From an uncultured delta proteobacterium (lineage in GTDB: Bacteria > Desulfobacterota > Binatia > UBA9968), in contig CAVUZH010000024.1 of NCBI GenBank assembly GCA_963745835.1, forward strand, positions 32,001 through 96,000: 64,000 bases of DNA, given 5' to 3'. The translations under genes and the position numbers were made by a program. Position 1 is the first letter of the stretch. Each line of letters starts with the position of its first letter. Below are positions 30,318-40,558 of this stretch, in pieces. The notes beneath the pieces were generated by a model. The model did not search any database and was not told where the DNA came from. It was given only the letters and a program-made list of their open reading frames with translations.

Positions 30318-30512
30318 TTAAAAAGAATGACGCACTCGCCGTAACGCACGTTTCTTAGCCGCTATGGCTTTCTTCTTTCTTTTAACACTGGGCTTTTCGT
30401 AATGTTCCCGCTTTCTCAACTCCGCCAGAATTCCCGCTTTCTCACAAAGCTTTTTGAAACGCCTGATGGCACTTTCGATGGATTCATTTTCTCTAACTCG
30501 AACACCGGTCAT
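30318..30512 (-). CDS. rpsU: 30S ribosomal protein S21
   Basis: [16 protein letters not shown]...[15 protein letters not shown]. Confidence 0.98.
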   Translation of the reverse strand: MTGVRVRENESIESAIRRFKKLCEKAGILAELRKREHYEKPSVKRKKKAIAAKKRALRRVRHSF

Positions 30513-30554
30513 GGATTAAATCACCCCCGATCTCTGACCACGTATGGGACTGCA

Positions 30555-30582
30555 ATTTTATCCTAAATACGTCTCAAGTCAA
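30555..30582 (-). promoter_or_regulatory. sigma70 promoter of rpsU
   Basis: Minus-strand TTGACT-N16-TAAAAT. Confidence 0.6.
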
Positions 30583-30685
30583 GCAATTCACCGACCATAA
30601 CACCGCTGATTTTCGACCGTAAGACTAGTACTATCGACAGACAGACTAGAAGCGCCAAAATTCCCGCGCTAGCAGCGATGAGCTT

Positions 30686-31414
30686 TCATCGTTTCTCCAG
30701 GCGCCAAAACCGCTCCGGGAAATCGGTCATGATTCCCTGAACACCCAATGAGGCGAAATCTTCCATCTCTCGCAGTTCGTTCACTGTCCACACGAAAGCA
30801 TCCAGCCCTAACTCCCAACCCGTTTGTAAGAACTCGCGGCTCGCAAGTTCTTTCTGCACGTGCAAAGACGCAGCTTCAATTTCTGCAGCTATCACGAATG
30901 GGTTCTCTTCAATGCCGGTACCGTAAATCACACCCAACCGCGCTTCTGGCCCCAGTTCACGCACCCTGCGAAGGCAATCGTAGTCGAAGGAGGAAATAAT
31001 TGTTCGATCGAGATAATCGTAGTGGCTAAGAATGAAGAGAAGCTTTAGTTCAATGCCGGGCGGAGAACCCGGGTATTGTTTGATATCGAGGCAGAGCTCA
31101 GCCTCGCCGCCGACCAGCGCGACAACTTCCTCCAAAGTCGGGATCCGTTCCCCTTTGAATGCGGCGTTTCGCCACCCTCCGGCATCCAATCTCTTGAGCT
31201 GCTCTAAAGGCGTGCGGTTAACGATACCTCCCGCGCCGGTGATCCGAACAAGCCGCTCATCGTGAAAAATGACCACATGACCGTCGCTGGACAATTGGCA
31301 GTCCAACTCGATCATATCGGCACGGGCTTCTATGGCTTTTTCAACAGCTAGGCAGGTGTTTTCCGGGAAGCTCCCAGACGCGCCGCGATGGGCGATGCGC
31401 AGAAACTTTGCCAT
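30686..31414 (-). CDS. Glycerophosphodiester phosphodiesterase
   Basis: AHRGAS...PENT, IELD, HD, IPTLEE, WTVN and GIMTDFP motifs. Confidence 0.95.
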   Translation of the reverse strand: MAKFLRIAHRGASGSFPENTCLAVEKAIEARADMIELDCQLSSDGHVVIFHDERLVRITGAGGIVNRTPLEQLKRLDAGGWRNAAFKGERIPTLEEVVALVGGEAELCLDIKQYPGSPPGIELKLLFILSHYDYLDRTIISSFDYDCLRRVRELGPEARLGVIYGTGIEENPFVIAAEIEAASLHVQKELASREFLQTGWELGLDAFVWTVNELREMEDFASLGVQGIMTDFPERFWRLEKR

Positions 31415-31468
31415 ACATAGGACAGGTTAGCAGACGATGCGTGAATTGAAACCGCGCGATGGCTGTAG

Positions 31469-32215
31469 TTAGGTTCGGGAATCTGGATCAGTCAAATGAA
31501 TTAGGAACTCCTTATTGCCTTTGGGGCCGAGCAGTGGTGATTCGGTTACATCTTGAGCCGTGAAGCCCAAGCTTGTCGCCGACTGCTTGATTTCTTCGAT
31601 CACACGCAGGTGTTCTGCACTAGACCGGACCACGCCACCTTTGCCGACCTTGCCTTTGCCAACTTCAAACTGAGGTTTGATCAGCGCGATTATCTCGCCT
31701 CCGCGCGATAGTAGAGTCTTAACTTTAGGAAGAACCAAGCGTAACGAGATGAACGAGACATCGATCGTCGCGAAGCCCGCTAGGCTCGGCAAATCAAAAG
31801 CTTCAAGATAACGTATGTTTCTCCGTTCCAAAACTACCACACGTGGATCGTTTCTGAGCTTCCAATCGAGCTGACCATAGCCGCAGTCGACCGCGTATAC
31901 CCGGCGCGCGCCATGAGATAACAGGCAATGCGTAAACCCGCCGGTTGAGGCGCCAACATCCAAAGCCACTTTATCCTTTATGTCAATCTGAAATTGGCGA
32001 AGCGCCTTTTCCAGTTTCAAGCCACCACGACTCACATAAGGCGCAACTGCTTTAAGCCGGACTTCCGCGGTTTGATCGACCAACGCGCCTGCTTTTGTCA
32101 ACGGTTGCTCGTTTACCAGCACTTCAGCTGCGAGGATCCTGCGCCGTCCCTCTTCACGGCTCGAGACCAATTCGCGCTGTACCAGCAAAAGATCTAGGCG
32201 CTCCCTCTTTCCCAT
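31469..32215 (-). CDS. tlyA: TlyA-family rRNA methyltransferase
   Basis: YVSRGGLKL, DVGASTGGFT, DVSFISL, LIKPQFE and GNKEFL motifs. Confidence 0.95.
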   Translation of the reverse strand: MGKRERLDLLLVQRELVSSREEGRRRILAAEVLVNEQPLTKAGALVDQTAEVRLKAVAPYVSRGGLKLEKALRQFQIDIKDKVALDVGASTGGFTHCLLSHGARRVYAVDCGYGQLDWKLRNDPRVVVLERRNIRYLEAFDLPSLAGFATIDVSFISLRLVLPKVKTLLSRGGEIIALIKPQFEVGKGKVGKGGVVRSSAEHLRVIEEIKQSATSLGFTAQDVTESPLLGPKGNKEFLIHLTDPDSRT

Positions 32216-34110
32216 CCCTCTCTACTTTTCTTTTTTGCGCGCCGTACGATCTGTAACGCCGATTGAGCGATGCCCTCCTTGTCGAAGCCGCATAGCTTTC
32301 TTAATTCGTCCTGAGTCCCGTGCGTAACAAAGCGATCGGGCACGCCCAGACGCCTAACCTCTACTCCGGTGATCCCTTCTTCAGCCATCATTTCCAACAG
32401 CGCGCTGCCGAAGCCGCCGACCACTGTGTGATCTTCCACCGTGATCAAACGAGGCACGCGCAACAGCAAATCTCGGAACAAAACGCGGTCCAGCGGCTTG
32501 ACGAACCGAGCGTTCACCACGGCCGCATCGATTCCTAAAGAAACCAGGTCCTGGGCTGCTCTCAACGCCGGCATAACGGTCTGGCCCACGGCCGCGATCA
32601 CCACATCGCGTCCGTCCCTGAGCAGTTCAGCCCTGCCTATTTCTAAATTTTTCATCTGCGCATCCATTTCCACACCGCAGCCCTCGCCTCTTGGATAACG
32701 AATTGAAATAGGCCCCGAATACTCAACCGCAGTTTTCAACATATGTTGCAGCTCATTCTCATCCTTTGGCGCCATGATGACGATATTTGGAATCGAACGC
32801 ATATAGGCAAAATCGAAAACGCCGTGATGCGTCGGGCCATCTGCGCCCACCAGACCGCCGCGATCGAGAGCAAAGACGACATGCAAATTTTGTAAGCAGA
32901 CGTCGTGCAAGATCTCGTCATATCCTCTTTGCAGAAAAGTTGAGTAGATCGCCACGACCGGTACGAATCCCTCGGTCGCCATGCCCGCCGCAAAGGTAAC
33001 GGCATGCTGTTCGGCAATGCCAACATCGTAAGATCTGTTCGGAATCTCGCGCGAAAATTTATCGATTCCTGTCCCACTTCCCATCGCTGCGGTAATACCG
33101 ATGACTTTGGGATTTTCCTTCGCCAGCCGGACCAACGATTCACCGAAAATATCCGTGTACGTTGGGATTGCACCTTTGCCTTTTTTCGGTTTACCCGTAA
33201 GAACGTGAAAAGGAGTCACGCCATGAAATTTTACCGGCTCTTTTTCAGCAGGCGGATAACCTTTTCCCTTAGTCGTCAGGACATGGACTAGAGTTGGTCT
33301 CTCTATCTTCTTAACGTTCTCCAGAGTCGTGATCATCTCTTCGATATTATGACCGTCGATGGGACCGACATACTGGAAACCAAGGCTTTCAAAGAGAAAT
33401 CCAGGCGTCACCAAGCCGAGAAAAGATTCCTTGACTTTTCGCGCCAGATGAAACAGATTTTCGCCCTTAGGCAGAGTTCGTAAAAGCGTGGAGAGATTTT
33501 TTTGCAATCGCACGCCAGCATCGGTAGTAAATTGCTTGCTCAAAAACGACGACACCGCACCGACCCGCGGATCGATGAAGATGGCGTTGTCATTGAGAAC
33601 CACAATCAGATCCTTCTCCAAATGCCCGGCCTGGTTCAAACCTTCGTAAGTCAATCCCGCGCTCAAGCCGCCATCGCTGATTACCGCAACCACCTTGCGG
33701 GAAGATGACTCGAGCGTCTTCGCCTCGACCATACCGAGCGCGGCTGAAATGGAAGTACCCGCATGACCCGCGCCAAAAACGTCGTACTCGCTTTCATCCC
33801 GACTCAAAAAACCACTGAGACCGCCAAATTGGCGGATGGTTGCAAGTCGGCTGCGGCGCCCGCAGATGAGCTTGTGCGCATAGGCCTGGTGTCCCGTATC
33901 CCAAACGATCCGATCTTCGGGCGTGTTGAACACATAGTGAAGCGCAAGCGTAAGCTCCACAGCCCCGAGGGTGGAAGCGAAGTGTCCGCCCACTTCTGAA
34001 ACAACCGAGATCACTTCCTGACGTATCTCGGCTGCGAGTTGATTGAGTTCATCAAGCGTGAATCCGCGAATGTCTTTCGGGTACTCGACACCGTCAAGCA
34101 AGTTAGCCAT
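32194..34110 (-). CDS. dxs: 1-deoxy-D-xylulose-5-phosphate synthase
   Basis: WDTGHQAYAHK, GPIDGH, DVGIAEQHA and DRGGLVGADGPTHHG motifs. Confidence 0.98.
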   Translation of the reverse strand: MANLLDGVEYPKDIRGFTLDELNQLAAEIRQEVISVVSEVGGHFASTLGAVELTLALHYVFNTPEDRIVWDTGHQAYAHKLICGRRSRLATIRQFGGLSGFLSRDESEYDVFGAGHAGTSISAALGMVEAKTLESSSRKVVAVISDGGLSAGLTYEGLNQAGHLEKDLIVVLNDNAIFIDPRVGAVSSFLSKQFTTDAGVRLQKNLSTLLRTLPKGENLFHLARKVKESFLGLVTPGFLFESLGFQYVGPIDGHNIEEMITTLENVKKIERPTLVHVLTTKGKGYPPAEKEPVKFHGVTPFHVLTGKPKKGKGAIPTYTDIFGESLVRLAKENPKVIGITAAMGSGTGIDKFSREIPNRSYDVGIAEQHAVTFAAGMATEGFVPVVAIYSTFLQRGYDEILHDVCLQNLHVVFALDRGGLVGADGPTHHGVFDFAYMRSIPNIVIMAPKDENELQHMLKTAVEYSGPISIRYPRGEGCGVEMDAQMKNLEIGRAELLRDGRDVVIAAVGQTVMPALRAAQDLVSLGIDAAVVNARFVKPLDRVLFRDLLLRVPRLITVEDHTVVGGFGSALLEMMAEEGITGVEVRRLGVPDRFVTHGTQDELRKLCGFDKEGIAQSALQIVRRAKKKSREGWERGSA

Positions 34111-35043
34111 TTATGAAATACTCTCCTCTGCCGCTCTCCCTCTATCCTGGATAGCTCGTGCAATGATATGTTTTGCGATCGCCCGTAGCGGTTCTGAGCT
34201 CTCGCCGAAGGATACCAGCTCCCGATCGCACAACTTCAATAATTCCTGCAAGCGTTCGGTCGCTTGAACGATTCCGACCACTGATGGATAGGTCGCCTTC
34301 TTGAGCTCATTGCGACCCGACTCGGCGCCCTCGCCAGCAATGGTTTCTCCGATATTATCGAGAACGTCGTCAGCGATTTGAAAGGCCAATCCTAAATACT
34401 CGCCGAATTTGGAAAGCCTTCGCAACTCACCAGTCTTTGCACCCGCGATCTCGGCGCCGATCCGAAGCGCGGCAAGAATCAGAGCGCCTGTCTTTCGGAC
34501 ATGGATATACTCGACCGTAGCAAGATCGACATCTTTGTTTTCCGATTCTAAATCCACTGCCTGGCCGCCGACCAAGCCCGCCACACCGGCTGCATGGGAT
34601 AGTTCGTGAATTAGCCGGAGCACCAACTCGGCAGGCAGCCGCCTGACTTCTGGACCGGAGATCAAATGAAAAGCCTCGGTGAGCAGACCATCTCCCGCCA
34701 GCAAAGCCATTCCTTCGCCAAACACTTTATGTGCGGTGGGTTCGCCGCGGCGCAAATCATCATTATCCAACGCCGGCAGATCGTCGTGAATAATCGAATA
34801 AGCGTGGATCAACTCCACGGCGCATGCAAACGGCATAAGCTCTTTCTGTTTAGCGCCAAACATTTCGCCCGCCGTTAATGTGAGGATCGGGCGAATTCGT
34901 TTGCCGCCGGGAAACAGCCCATATCGCATGGCTTTAAGAATTGCGTGCGTCTGTCCGCCATAGACCTTCAGAAACTGCTCGAGAGCGCGATCGATGGCCG
35001 TCCTCCGCGTTTGAAGATAGTCGGCCAGTTCAGACTGAGTCAC
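34111..35043 (-). CDS. ispA: Farnesyl diphosphate synthase
   Basis: GGKRIRP, HDDLPALDNDDLRRG, KTGAL and FQIADDVLD motifs; directly upstream of dxs. Confidence 0.93.
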   Translation of the reverse strand: MTQSELADYLQTRRTAIDRALEQFLKVYGGQTHAILKAMRYGLFPGGKRIRPILTLTAGEMFGAKQKELMPFACAVELIHAYSIIHDDLPALDNDDLRRGEPTAHKVFGEGMALLAGDGLLTEAFHLISGPEVRRLPAELVLRLIHELSHAAGVAGLVGGQAVDLESENKDVDLATVEYIHVRKTGALILAALRIGAEIAGAKTGELRRLSKFGEYLGLAFQIADDVLDNIGETIAGEGAESGRNELKKATYPSVVGIVQATERLQELLKLCDRELVSFGESSEPLRAIAKHIIARAIQDRGRAAEESIS

Positions 35044-35165
35044 CGGGTCGGATCCTCATGGACGTAATGGCGGTGAGCAGGCTCGTTAAACTGCGTGAAT
35101 GTATAAAAAGCAAATTACCTTGCAATTTACCCCGACAACGTTGGTTCTTCAATTGCAATTTGCCG

Positions 35166-36011
35166 TCATTCTCCTTGTGAAGACAATGCCCTCGCTCTGC
35201 CAGACGGACGCAGGTCTCGCAGCTCGCGCGCCGCTACAGTGCTTCCGTTCCTGCCGAACACGAGAAAAGCAATTGCGATAGCGCCCAAACCCACCCAAAC
35301 CGCCAACCAATACTGATTCAACACACAGAATCCGAGCGGCAAAGCGAAATTGATGATGTATACCGAAATTGCAAACCTCAGCTCGCTATGCGGGGCTGGC
35401 GCTATTTTGGAGAGTATGACGAATAGCACCAACCCGGTAACGCCCCAGCCGAGCAAGTTCATCCAGGGCATCCCGTAGTATGTGCCGCTTTGCCCCCAGA
35501 TCCAGTAACTGGTGACTTTGCTCATCGCCGGGTCGAGCAAAAGATCCCACGCGACCAGAAGAGCCGTGGCGAGAATTACGGCCGAACGCCCGTCCCTGCG
35601 CTGCCGCGCAATTACCCAGCAGGCCCAACTCATCGTGAACCAGCTCAATGGAATCAAGAGCGGCACGCGATCCAACCATTTAAAACCGAGCAGCGCGGTA
35701 TAAGAATACGCGCCAAATGGGATTCCGTACGTAGTGCCAAGTAGTTCGCTGACAAGACTGACCGAATAGATCAAGGCAAAGGCCCATAGACCCCTCGTCC
35801 GGTCACGCAAAACCGCTTCTGCCACGACAGCAAGACCGCCGAACAGCATATTGCCGACGGCAAATCCATAAAAAGCCCAAGTAAAAAAACGTGCGCCTGG
35901 GTCGAGTTGTATCAGAAGCTCGGGGCGAGAAGTGAAGATACCGTAGCCCAGCAAACTAGCAGCGACGATAGCGCCCTGGACGATTAAACACAGCCACGGG
36001 ATATAGTGCAT
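35166..36011 (-). CDS. cruF: Carotenoid 1,2-hydratase, CruF family
   Basis: Membrane protein with SELLGT..GIPFGAYSY, VPLLIPLSWF, WDLLLDPAM and YYGMPWMNLLGW motifs; follows crtB. Confidence 0.8.
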   Translation of the reverse strand: MHYIPWLCLIVQGAIVAASLLGYGIFTSRPELLIQLDPGARFFTWAFYGFAVGNMLFGGLAVVAEAVLRDRTRGLWAFALIYSVSLVSELLGTTYGIPFGAYSYTALLGFKWLDRVPLLIPLSWFTMSWACWVIARQRRDGRSAVILATALLVAWDLLLDPAMSKVTSYWIWGQSGTYYGMPWMNLLGWGVTGLVLFVILSKIAPAPHSELRFAISVYIINFALPLGFCVLNQYWLAVWVGLGAIAIAFLVFGRNGSTVAARELRDLRPSGRARALSSQGE

Positions 36012-36048
36012 CGGGCAATCTCCCTGCTACGATTATATTTCTCCCAGA

Positions 36049-37002
36049 TCACCTGAGTTCTGAATGCCGCCATACCCGATGAATTGGCACGGCAGACCAT
36101 GGCCGCATCAATCGGGCCGGCATAGAAGCGATTACGTGAAGCACCCCGAAGAGTATGACCCAAAGTTTACGCGCGCCTGTAACATAGCTCCGCTGGTCCC
36201 AAGCCGACGGCCCTTTATGCAGGAGAAGTGAACCGATTTCGGCATAAACATGCCGCGCCGCCGCCACGGCGCAAGCGGAACGAAACGACAAGTGCCACAA
36301 GCCGGCATCTCCTGAAAGATAATACCGATCCGCTTCCTGCAGGAGCCGCTTCGTTATTAGCGCCAGTTTTGCGCGATTTTTTACCGCGGCTATCTCTTCC
36401 GGCTCTACACCTGCTTCTTCTAACCATCTCAAAGGCAGATATATTCTACTCATTGATGCGTCCTCGGTAATATCCCGGGCGATGTTGGTAAGCTGCATTG
36501 CAATTCCAAGCTCTGCTGCGTGCTTAAGCGCCTGCTCATCGCGCAGCCCCATCACGTGAGACATCATTAATCCGACGGTTCCGGCCACGCGGTAACAATA
36601 AAGCGCAAGATCATTAAATGTCTGGTATCGGGTGCCACGAGCATCCATCGCCATCCCTTCGATTAGTTCCAACGCATAATGAGCCGGAATCGAATAACGT
36701 TGGACGATGTATTGCATCGCGATAAATACCGCTTGCTCCTGAGCGGCGCCAGAAAAGACCGACCGGGTGGCCTCAGAGAGCTTGGCTAGGCGCTGTTCAA
36801 GTTGTTCGCGGCTCTCCTCCATTCCCGCCCGGTCCACCTGGTCATCACAGTAACGGCACCAGCCATAAAGAAAAAAAGCCGCATCCCTGGTGCCCGAATC
36901 AAAAAGCCGCGCGGCGAGCGAAAAACTTTTTGAACCTTTGGTGATCATCCAGCGGCATTCGTCCAAGGCCGCTTTGACTTTCGGCGACATTGCTTCAGAC
37001 AT
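36049..37002 (-). CDS. crtB: Phytoene synthase
   Basis: GSKSFSLAA, CRYCDDQVD, YCYRVAGTVG, MQLTNIARD and RIYLP motifs. Confidence 0.96.
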   Translation of the reverse strand: MSEAMSPKVKAALDECRWMITKGSKSFSLAARLFDSGTRDAAFFLYGWCRYCDDQVDRAGMEESREQLEQRLAKLSEATRSVFSGAAQEQAVFIAMQYIVQRYSIPAHYALELIEGMAMDARGTRYQTFNDLALYCYRVAGTVGLMMSHVMGLRDEQALKHAAELGIAMQLTNIARDITEDASMSRIYLPLRWLEEAGVEPEEIAAVKNRAKLALITKRLLQEADRYYLSGDAGLWHLSFRSACAVAAARHVYAEIGSLLLHKGPSAWDQRSYVTGARKLWVILFGVLHVIASMPARLMRPWSAVPIHRVWRHSELR

Positions 37003-38530
37003 AGGATAATCTTTGCACCTGGTTGGAACTCCGCACTACCACAGCTTTTCTGATGTCATCCAGAATAAGCCCGGCGGTGGCCTTGGCAGAGTTTACGACC
37101 CCGGGAATTCCTGCCCCGGGATGGGTCCCGGCGCCGACAAGATACAAGCCGATGAGATTTGGGTCACGATTCTGAACCCGAAAATACGCACTCTGCATCA
37201 AACGAGGTTCCAGTGAAAACGCCGATCCAAAATGGGCATTCAGCTCTGAGTGAAAATCCTGCGGGGTAAAAATCCGTTGCGTGACAATCTCATTGCGCAG
37301 GTTTGGAATGTAATGCCGCTCAAGATACTCCAGAATTCGCTCGGCATAACGCGGCCCTTCCACGCTCCAGTCCACTGACAGCTTGCCCAAATGAGGAACG
37401 GGGGATAGCACATAGAAGGCCTCGCAACCCGGCGGCGCCAGCGACGGATCGGATCGTGTCGGCGCATGCAGGTAAAGCGAGAAGTCATCTGCCAACCGAC
37501 CGCGGCGGAATATGTCCTTCAGGAGCTCCCGGTAACGCGGTCCAAAGATGATGTTGTGGTGTTGCAGGTTTGAATACCGGCGACGCGTACCGAAGTAGAT
37601 CAAAAACAACGACATGCTGTAGGACATCGCGGCCAGTCTTTTGCGCGTGTGCTGGATTTTCGGCTCGCGACGCAGAAGGCGATCGTAGGTATGAACCACA
37701 TCGGCGTTACTGGCCACTAAATCACACTCGTGTGTCTCGCCGGTTTTGGTCGCGATCCCCACAACACGATTGCCGCGGGTTAGAATCTCGGACACCTCCG
37801 ACTCCAATCGAATTCTCCCGCCCAATTCCTGAAACAGCTTCAGCATTCCCTGCACGAGTGCGCCGGTGCCGCCTCTGGGGAAAAACACGCCCCATTTCCG
37901 TTCCAAACAATGAATTAACGTATAGATCGACGTGGTCGTAAACGGATTGCCGCCGACGAGCAGAGGGTGAAAGCTAAAAAGCTGTCGAAGATGCGGATCT
38001 TGAATAAACTTGGCGACAATACTATGCACCGATCGATAAGCTTTGAGCCGGAGCAGTTGCGGCGCTACCTTCGCCATACTCGACCAATCCAGAAATGGTA
38101 CATGCGCCAGCTTCACATATCCTTCTTCGAAAACTCTCTCGGAATATCTCAGAAAACTTTTGTAACCGTGCAGATCCCCCGGTGCTTTGCTGGCGATCTG
38201 TCGCTCGACATCGGCCAGGTCGGCCGAATAATCGAAGCTGAAACCGTCCTGCCAAAATAGACGATAAAAGGGTTTAACCGGCAGCAGCGTGACATAATCA
38301 GCCATTGATCTTGCTGCCAACGTAAAAAGCTCTGTTAAACAATTGGGAGCTGTAATCACTGTTGGTCCGGCATCGAACGTAAAGCCCTGGTCGCGATAAA
38401 CATACGCCCGGCCTCCTGGCTGATCGCGTTTTTCAAAGATTACCGTGCGACAACCGGCTGCTTGCAAACGGATGGCTAGGGCGAGCCCGCCGAAACCGCT
38501 GCCGATGACAGCGGCAGAGACTCTATCCAT
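36995..38530 (-). CDS. crtI: Phytoene desaturase
   Basis: VIGSGFGGLALAIRLQAAG, FDAGPTVIT and GAGTHPGAGIPGV motifs. ATG 38530 overlaps the upstream stop codon. Confidence 0.96.
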   Translation of the reverse strand: MDRVSAAVIGSGFGGLALAIRLQAAGCRTVIFEKRDQPGGRAYVYRDQGFTFDAGPTVITAPNCLTELFTLAARSMADYVTLLPVKPFYRLFWQDGFSFDYSADLADVERQIASKAPGDLHGYKSFLRYSERVFEEGYVKLAHVPFLDWSSMAKVAPQLLRLKAYRSVHSIVAKFIQDPHLRQLFSFHPLLVGGNPFTTTSIYTLIHCLERKWGVFFPRGGTGALVQGMLKLFQELGGRIRLESEVSEILTRGNRVVGIATKTGETHECDLVASNADVVHTYDRLLRREPKIQHTRKRLAAMSYSMSLFLIYFGTRRRYSNLQHHNIIFGPRYRELLKDIFRRGRLADDFSLYLHAPTRSDPSLAPPGCEAFYVLSPVPHLGKLSVDWSVEGPRYAERILEYLERHYIPNLRNEIVTQRIFTPQDFHSELNAHFGSAFSLEPRLMQSAYFRVQNRDPNLIGLYLVGAGTHPGAGIPGVVNSAKATAGLILDDIRKAVVVRSSNQVQRLSYV

Positions 38531-39641
38531 AGGCAACTGCGATCTCCTCGCCGAGCTCTTGTAAATCTTCAAAAGCACGTTTCGACCAGCGTACGTTGGC
38601 GCTGTCAAGGCGCTCTTTTAACTGCCGAAACGCGCTGTCCAAATAACCTCGGGCACAGACACGGACCCGTTCTGTAAGGTTATGCGCCTCAGACCATGAC
38701 TCCAGTTTACGCGCATCCGGTAAACTGCCGACTGCGGTACAGAACTCCGCATACGCTTTGGAGCTGCTGCTTTTTGCGGCGCATGCCCAGACCCATGAGG
38801 GTCGAGATAATCTAAGATCTTCATACCGCTTGGCTGGTTCGCACTTGCCGATGAGATTACCCAAATCATCGAACATCTGCAGCGAGACGCCGAGGTCCTG
38901 GCCGAACTGATCCAAAATCGACAAGGCACCTTCCGATGCTCGTGCAATGGCGCCGCCCAGAATGGTGGCAAAGCCCATCAATGCGCCGGTCTTGAGTTTC
39001 ATCGATGCCAGGCAAACTGGGGCAACCCGGTGCTGGGGCAGGGATCTAACGGGGGCGCCCAAATCAACCGCCTGCCCAAAGTGGGCGCGCAGCAGAGTTC
39101 GATGACAATGCTCATAGAGGTAAAAAATCTTATCGACCGGTAGTTCGGTTTCGCGAAGCAATTCGAATGGCCAAAAGTAGAGCCAGTTGCCTGCGTTCAC
39201 CGCGATGGGGACACCAAATTGAAGATGCAGTGCCGGACGGCCCCGGCGCACACTGCTGCCATCCTCGATATCGTCGATAACCAGGGATCCTGTATGAATC
39301 AATTCGACTATAGCGGCGCACCAGCCGCATTGTTTGGTGGCAAGAACGGAGGCTGGAGTGTCGCTAACGAGACGGTAGCTCAACGTCACCAACTGTCCAC
39401 GTATGCGTTTACCACGGGTCGAAGTCGCTTCGGCGAGTGGATCAAGTAAAGCGTCACGAAGAACATCCTGGACAATCGAGGGGTCATCCAAACCGAGCAG
39501 TTCCGCCATGCGTTCAGTCTTGGGCAACATGCTGCGCAGTCCTTCTCGACCTATATTCCGCTGCTCTTGATTTTTCGCCTGGTCTGAGAAAATCCGCTCA
39601 GCCGACACCTCGTTCGACAAATTGAGGCTTAAGTTTTTCAA
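38523..39641 (-). CDS. crtE: Polyprenyl (probable geranylgeranyl) diphosphate synthase
   Basis: GKRIRG, DDIEDGSSVRRG, GQAVD, KTG and QMFDDLGN motifs. TTG 39641 follows GGAGG; ATG 39530 is an alternative start. Confidence 0.8.
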   Translation of the reverse strand: MKNLSLNLSNEVSAERIFSDQAKNQEQRNIGREGLRSMLPKTERMAELLGLDDPSIVQDVLRDALLDPLAEATSTRGKRIRGQLVTLSYRLVSDTPASVLATKQCGWCAAIVELIHTGSLVIDDIEDGSSVRRGRPALHLQFGVPIAVNAGNWLYFWPFELLRETELPVDKIFYLYEHCHRTLLRAHFGQAVDLGAPVRSLPQHRVAPVCLASMKLKTGALMGFATILGGAIARASEGALSILDQFGQDLGVSLQMFDDLGNLIGKCEPAKRYEDLRLSRPSWVWACAAKSSSSKAYAEFCTAVGSLPDARKLESWSEAHNLTERVRVCARGYLDSAFRQLKERLDSANVRWSKRAFEDLQELGEEIAVAYG

Positions 39642-39651
39642 GAATCCTCCC

Positions 39652-40551
39652 TTAAGATCGGAAGATGTTGTGGCTCGATAGTAGATCTTCCGGCGAAGTC
39701 CCCAATGAATTCGCCAGACGCAGTACCACATCCATTGAAATGTTCTGTTTTCCGCCTTCAATGGCGACGATGGAAACACGCGTAAGGCGCGCCGATTCGG
39801 CTAATTGCTCTTGGGTCCAACCCTTTTTGTTGCGCAAGTCGCGCACTCCGCGACCCAATCCGATCAGGTATTCCTTCAACACAGCTTTAGGCCGCCCGGA
39901 TTTCAGCAGCTTGCCGGCAAGCTGCACTCCTTCGAGGGCGTTACGAGCAACTGCGCATGTTGCGTCTGACGGCCACTCGTTTCGTATCATTGCCTGCCCA
40001 CCTAAAAGAATCTTTGGCGCATCCGGCATCGTCCTGAGTTCTCCCACCAGACGGCGCGCGTGAGCGAGACCGCTCGACGTCCTGACAGAGAGTGCCACTA
40101 AGTGCGGTCGTCGAATTTTGATTGTCTCGATCAATGACGGCGTGGGAACGTCGGCTCCGAGAAAGTCCACCGACCACCCTTCAATATCCAACAAGTCAGC
40201 CACCATCCGGGCGCCGATGCAATGCAGTTCCCCTTCCACACATGCAACCAAGATACGTTGCGGCAACCGTGGCCTCTCGCTGCTGTGCATGCCGCGCAGT
40301 CGGTCCATATGCTTCAGCACAAGATGAGAGGCCAGTTTTTCCAGGCCGACACCGATCTCTCCGTCACACCAAAGCTGACCTATCTCGATCAATGCGGGGG
40401 TGATCAAATTTAAGTAGACATCGCCGAGCGGACGCTGCGCAAGCATCAACTGATGGATGATCTGGAAGGCAGCCTCATCGTCACCGTTCAACAGGGCTCG
40501 AACATAAAGCTGCTGTCGTTGACCAGTCTGATATTTATTTACTGCGCTCAT
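39652..40551 (-). CDS. Cobalamin-binding transcriptional regulator (CarH/LitR-like sensor with a C-terminal XRE HTH)
   Basis: B12 cap motif GQLWCDGEIGVGLEKLAS, Rossmann B12 motif GELHCIGA...FLGADVP...VALS, and C-terminal LRNKKGWTQEQLA...IEGGKQNIS HTH_3. Confidence 0.88.
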   Translation of the reverse strand: MSAVNKYQTGQRQQLYVRALLNGDDEAAFQIIHQLMLAQRPLGDVYLNLITPALIEIGQLWCDGEIGVGLEKLASHLVLKHMDRLRGMHSSERPRLPQRILVACVEGELHCIGARMVADLLDIEGWSVDFLGADVPTPSLIETIKIRRPHLVALSVRTSSGLAHARRLVGELRTMPDAPKILLGGQAMIRNEWPSDATCAVARNALEGVQLAGKLLKSGRPKAVLKEYLIGLGRGVRDLRNKKGWTQEQLAESARLTRVSIVAIEGGKQNISMDVVLRLANSLGTSPEDLLSSHNIFRS

Positions 40552-40558
40552 CAGCGTT

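Noticed and set aside
35044-35100. Possible duplicated xseB 3' end or target-site repeat at the carotenoid cluster borders
   Set aside because: No convincing similarity between 35044-35100 and 45061-45130.
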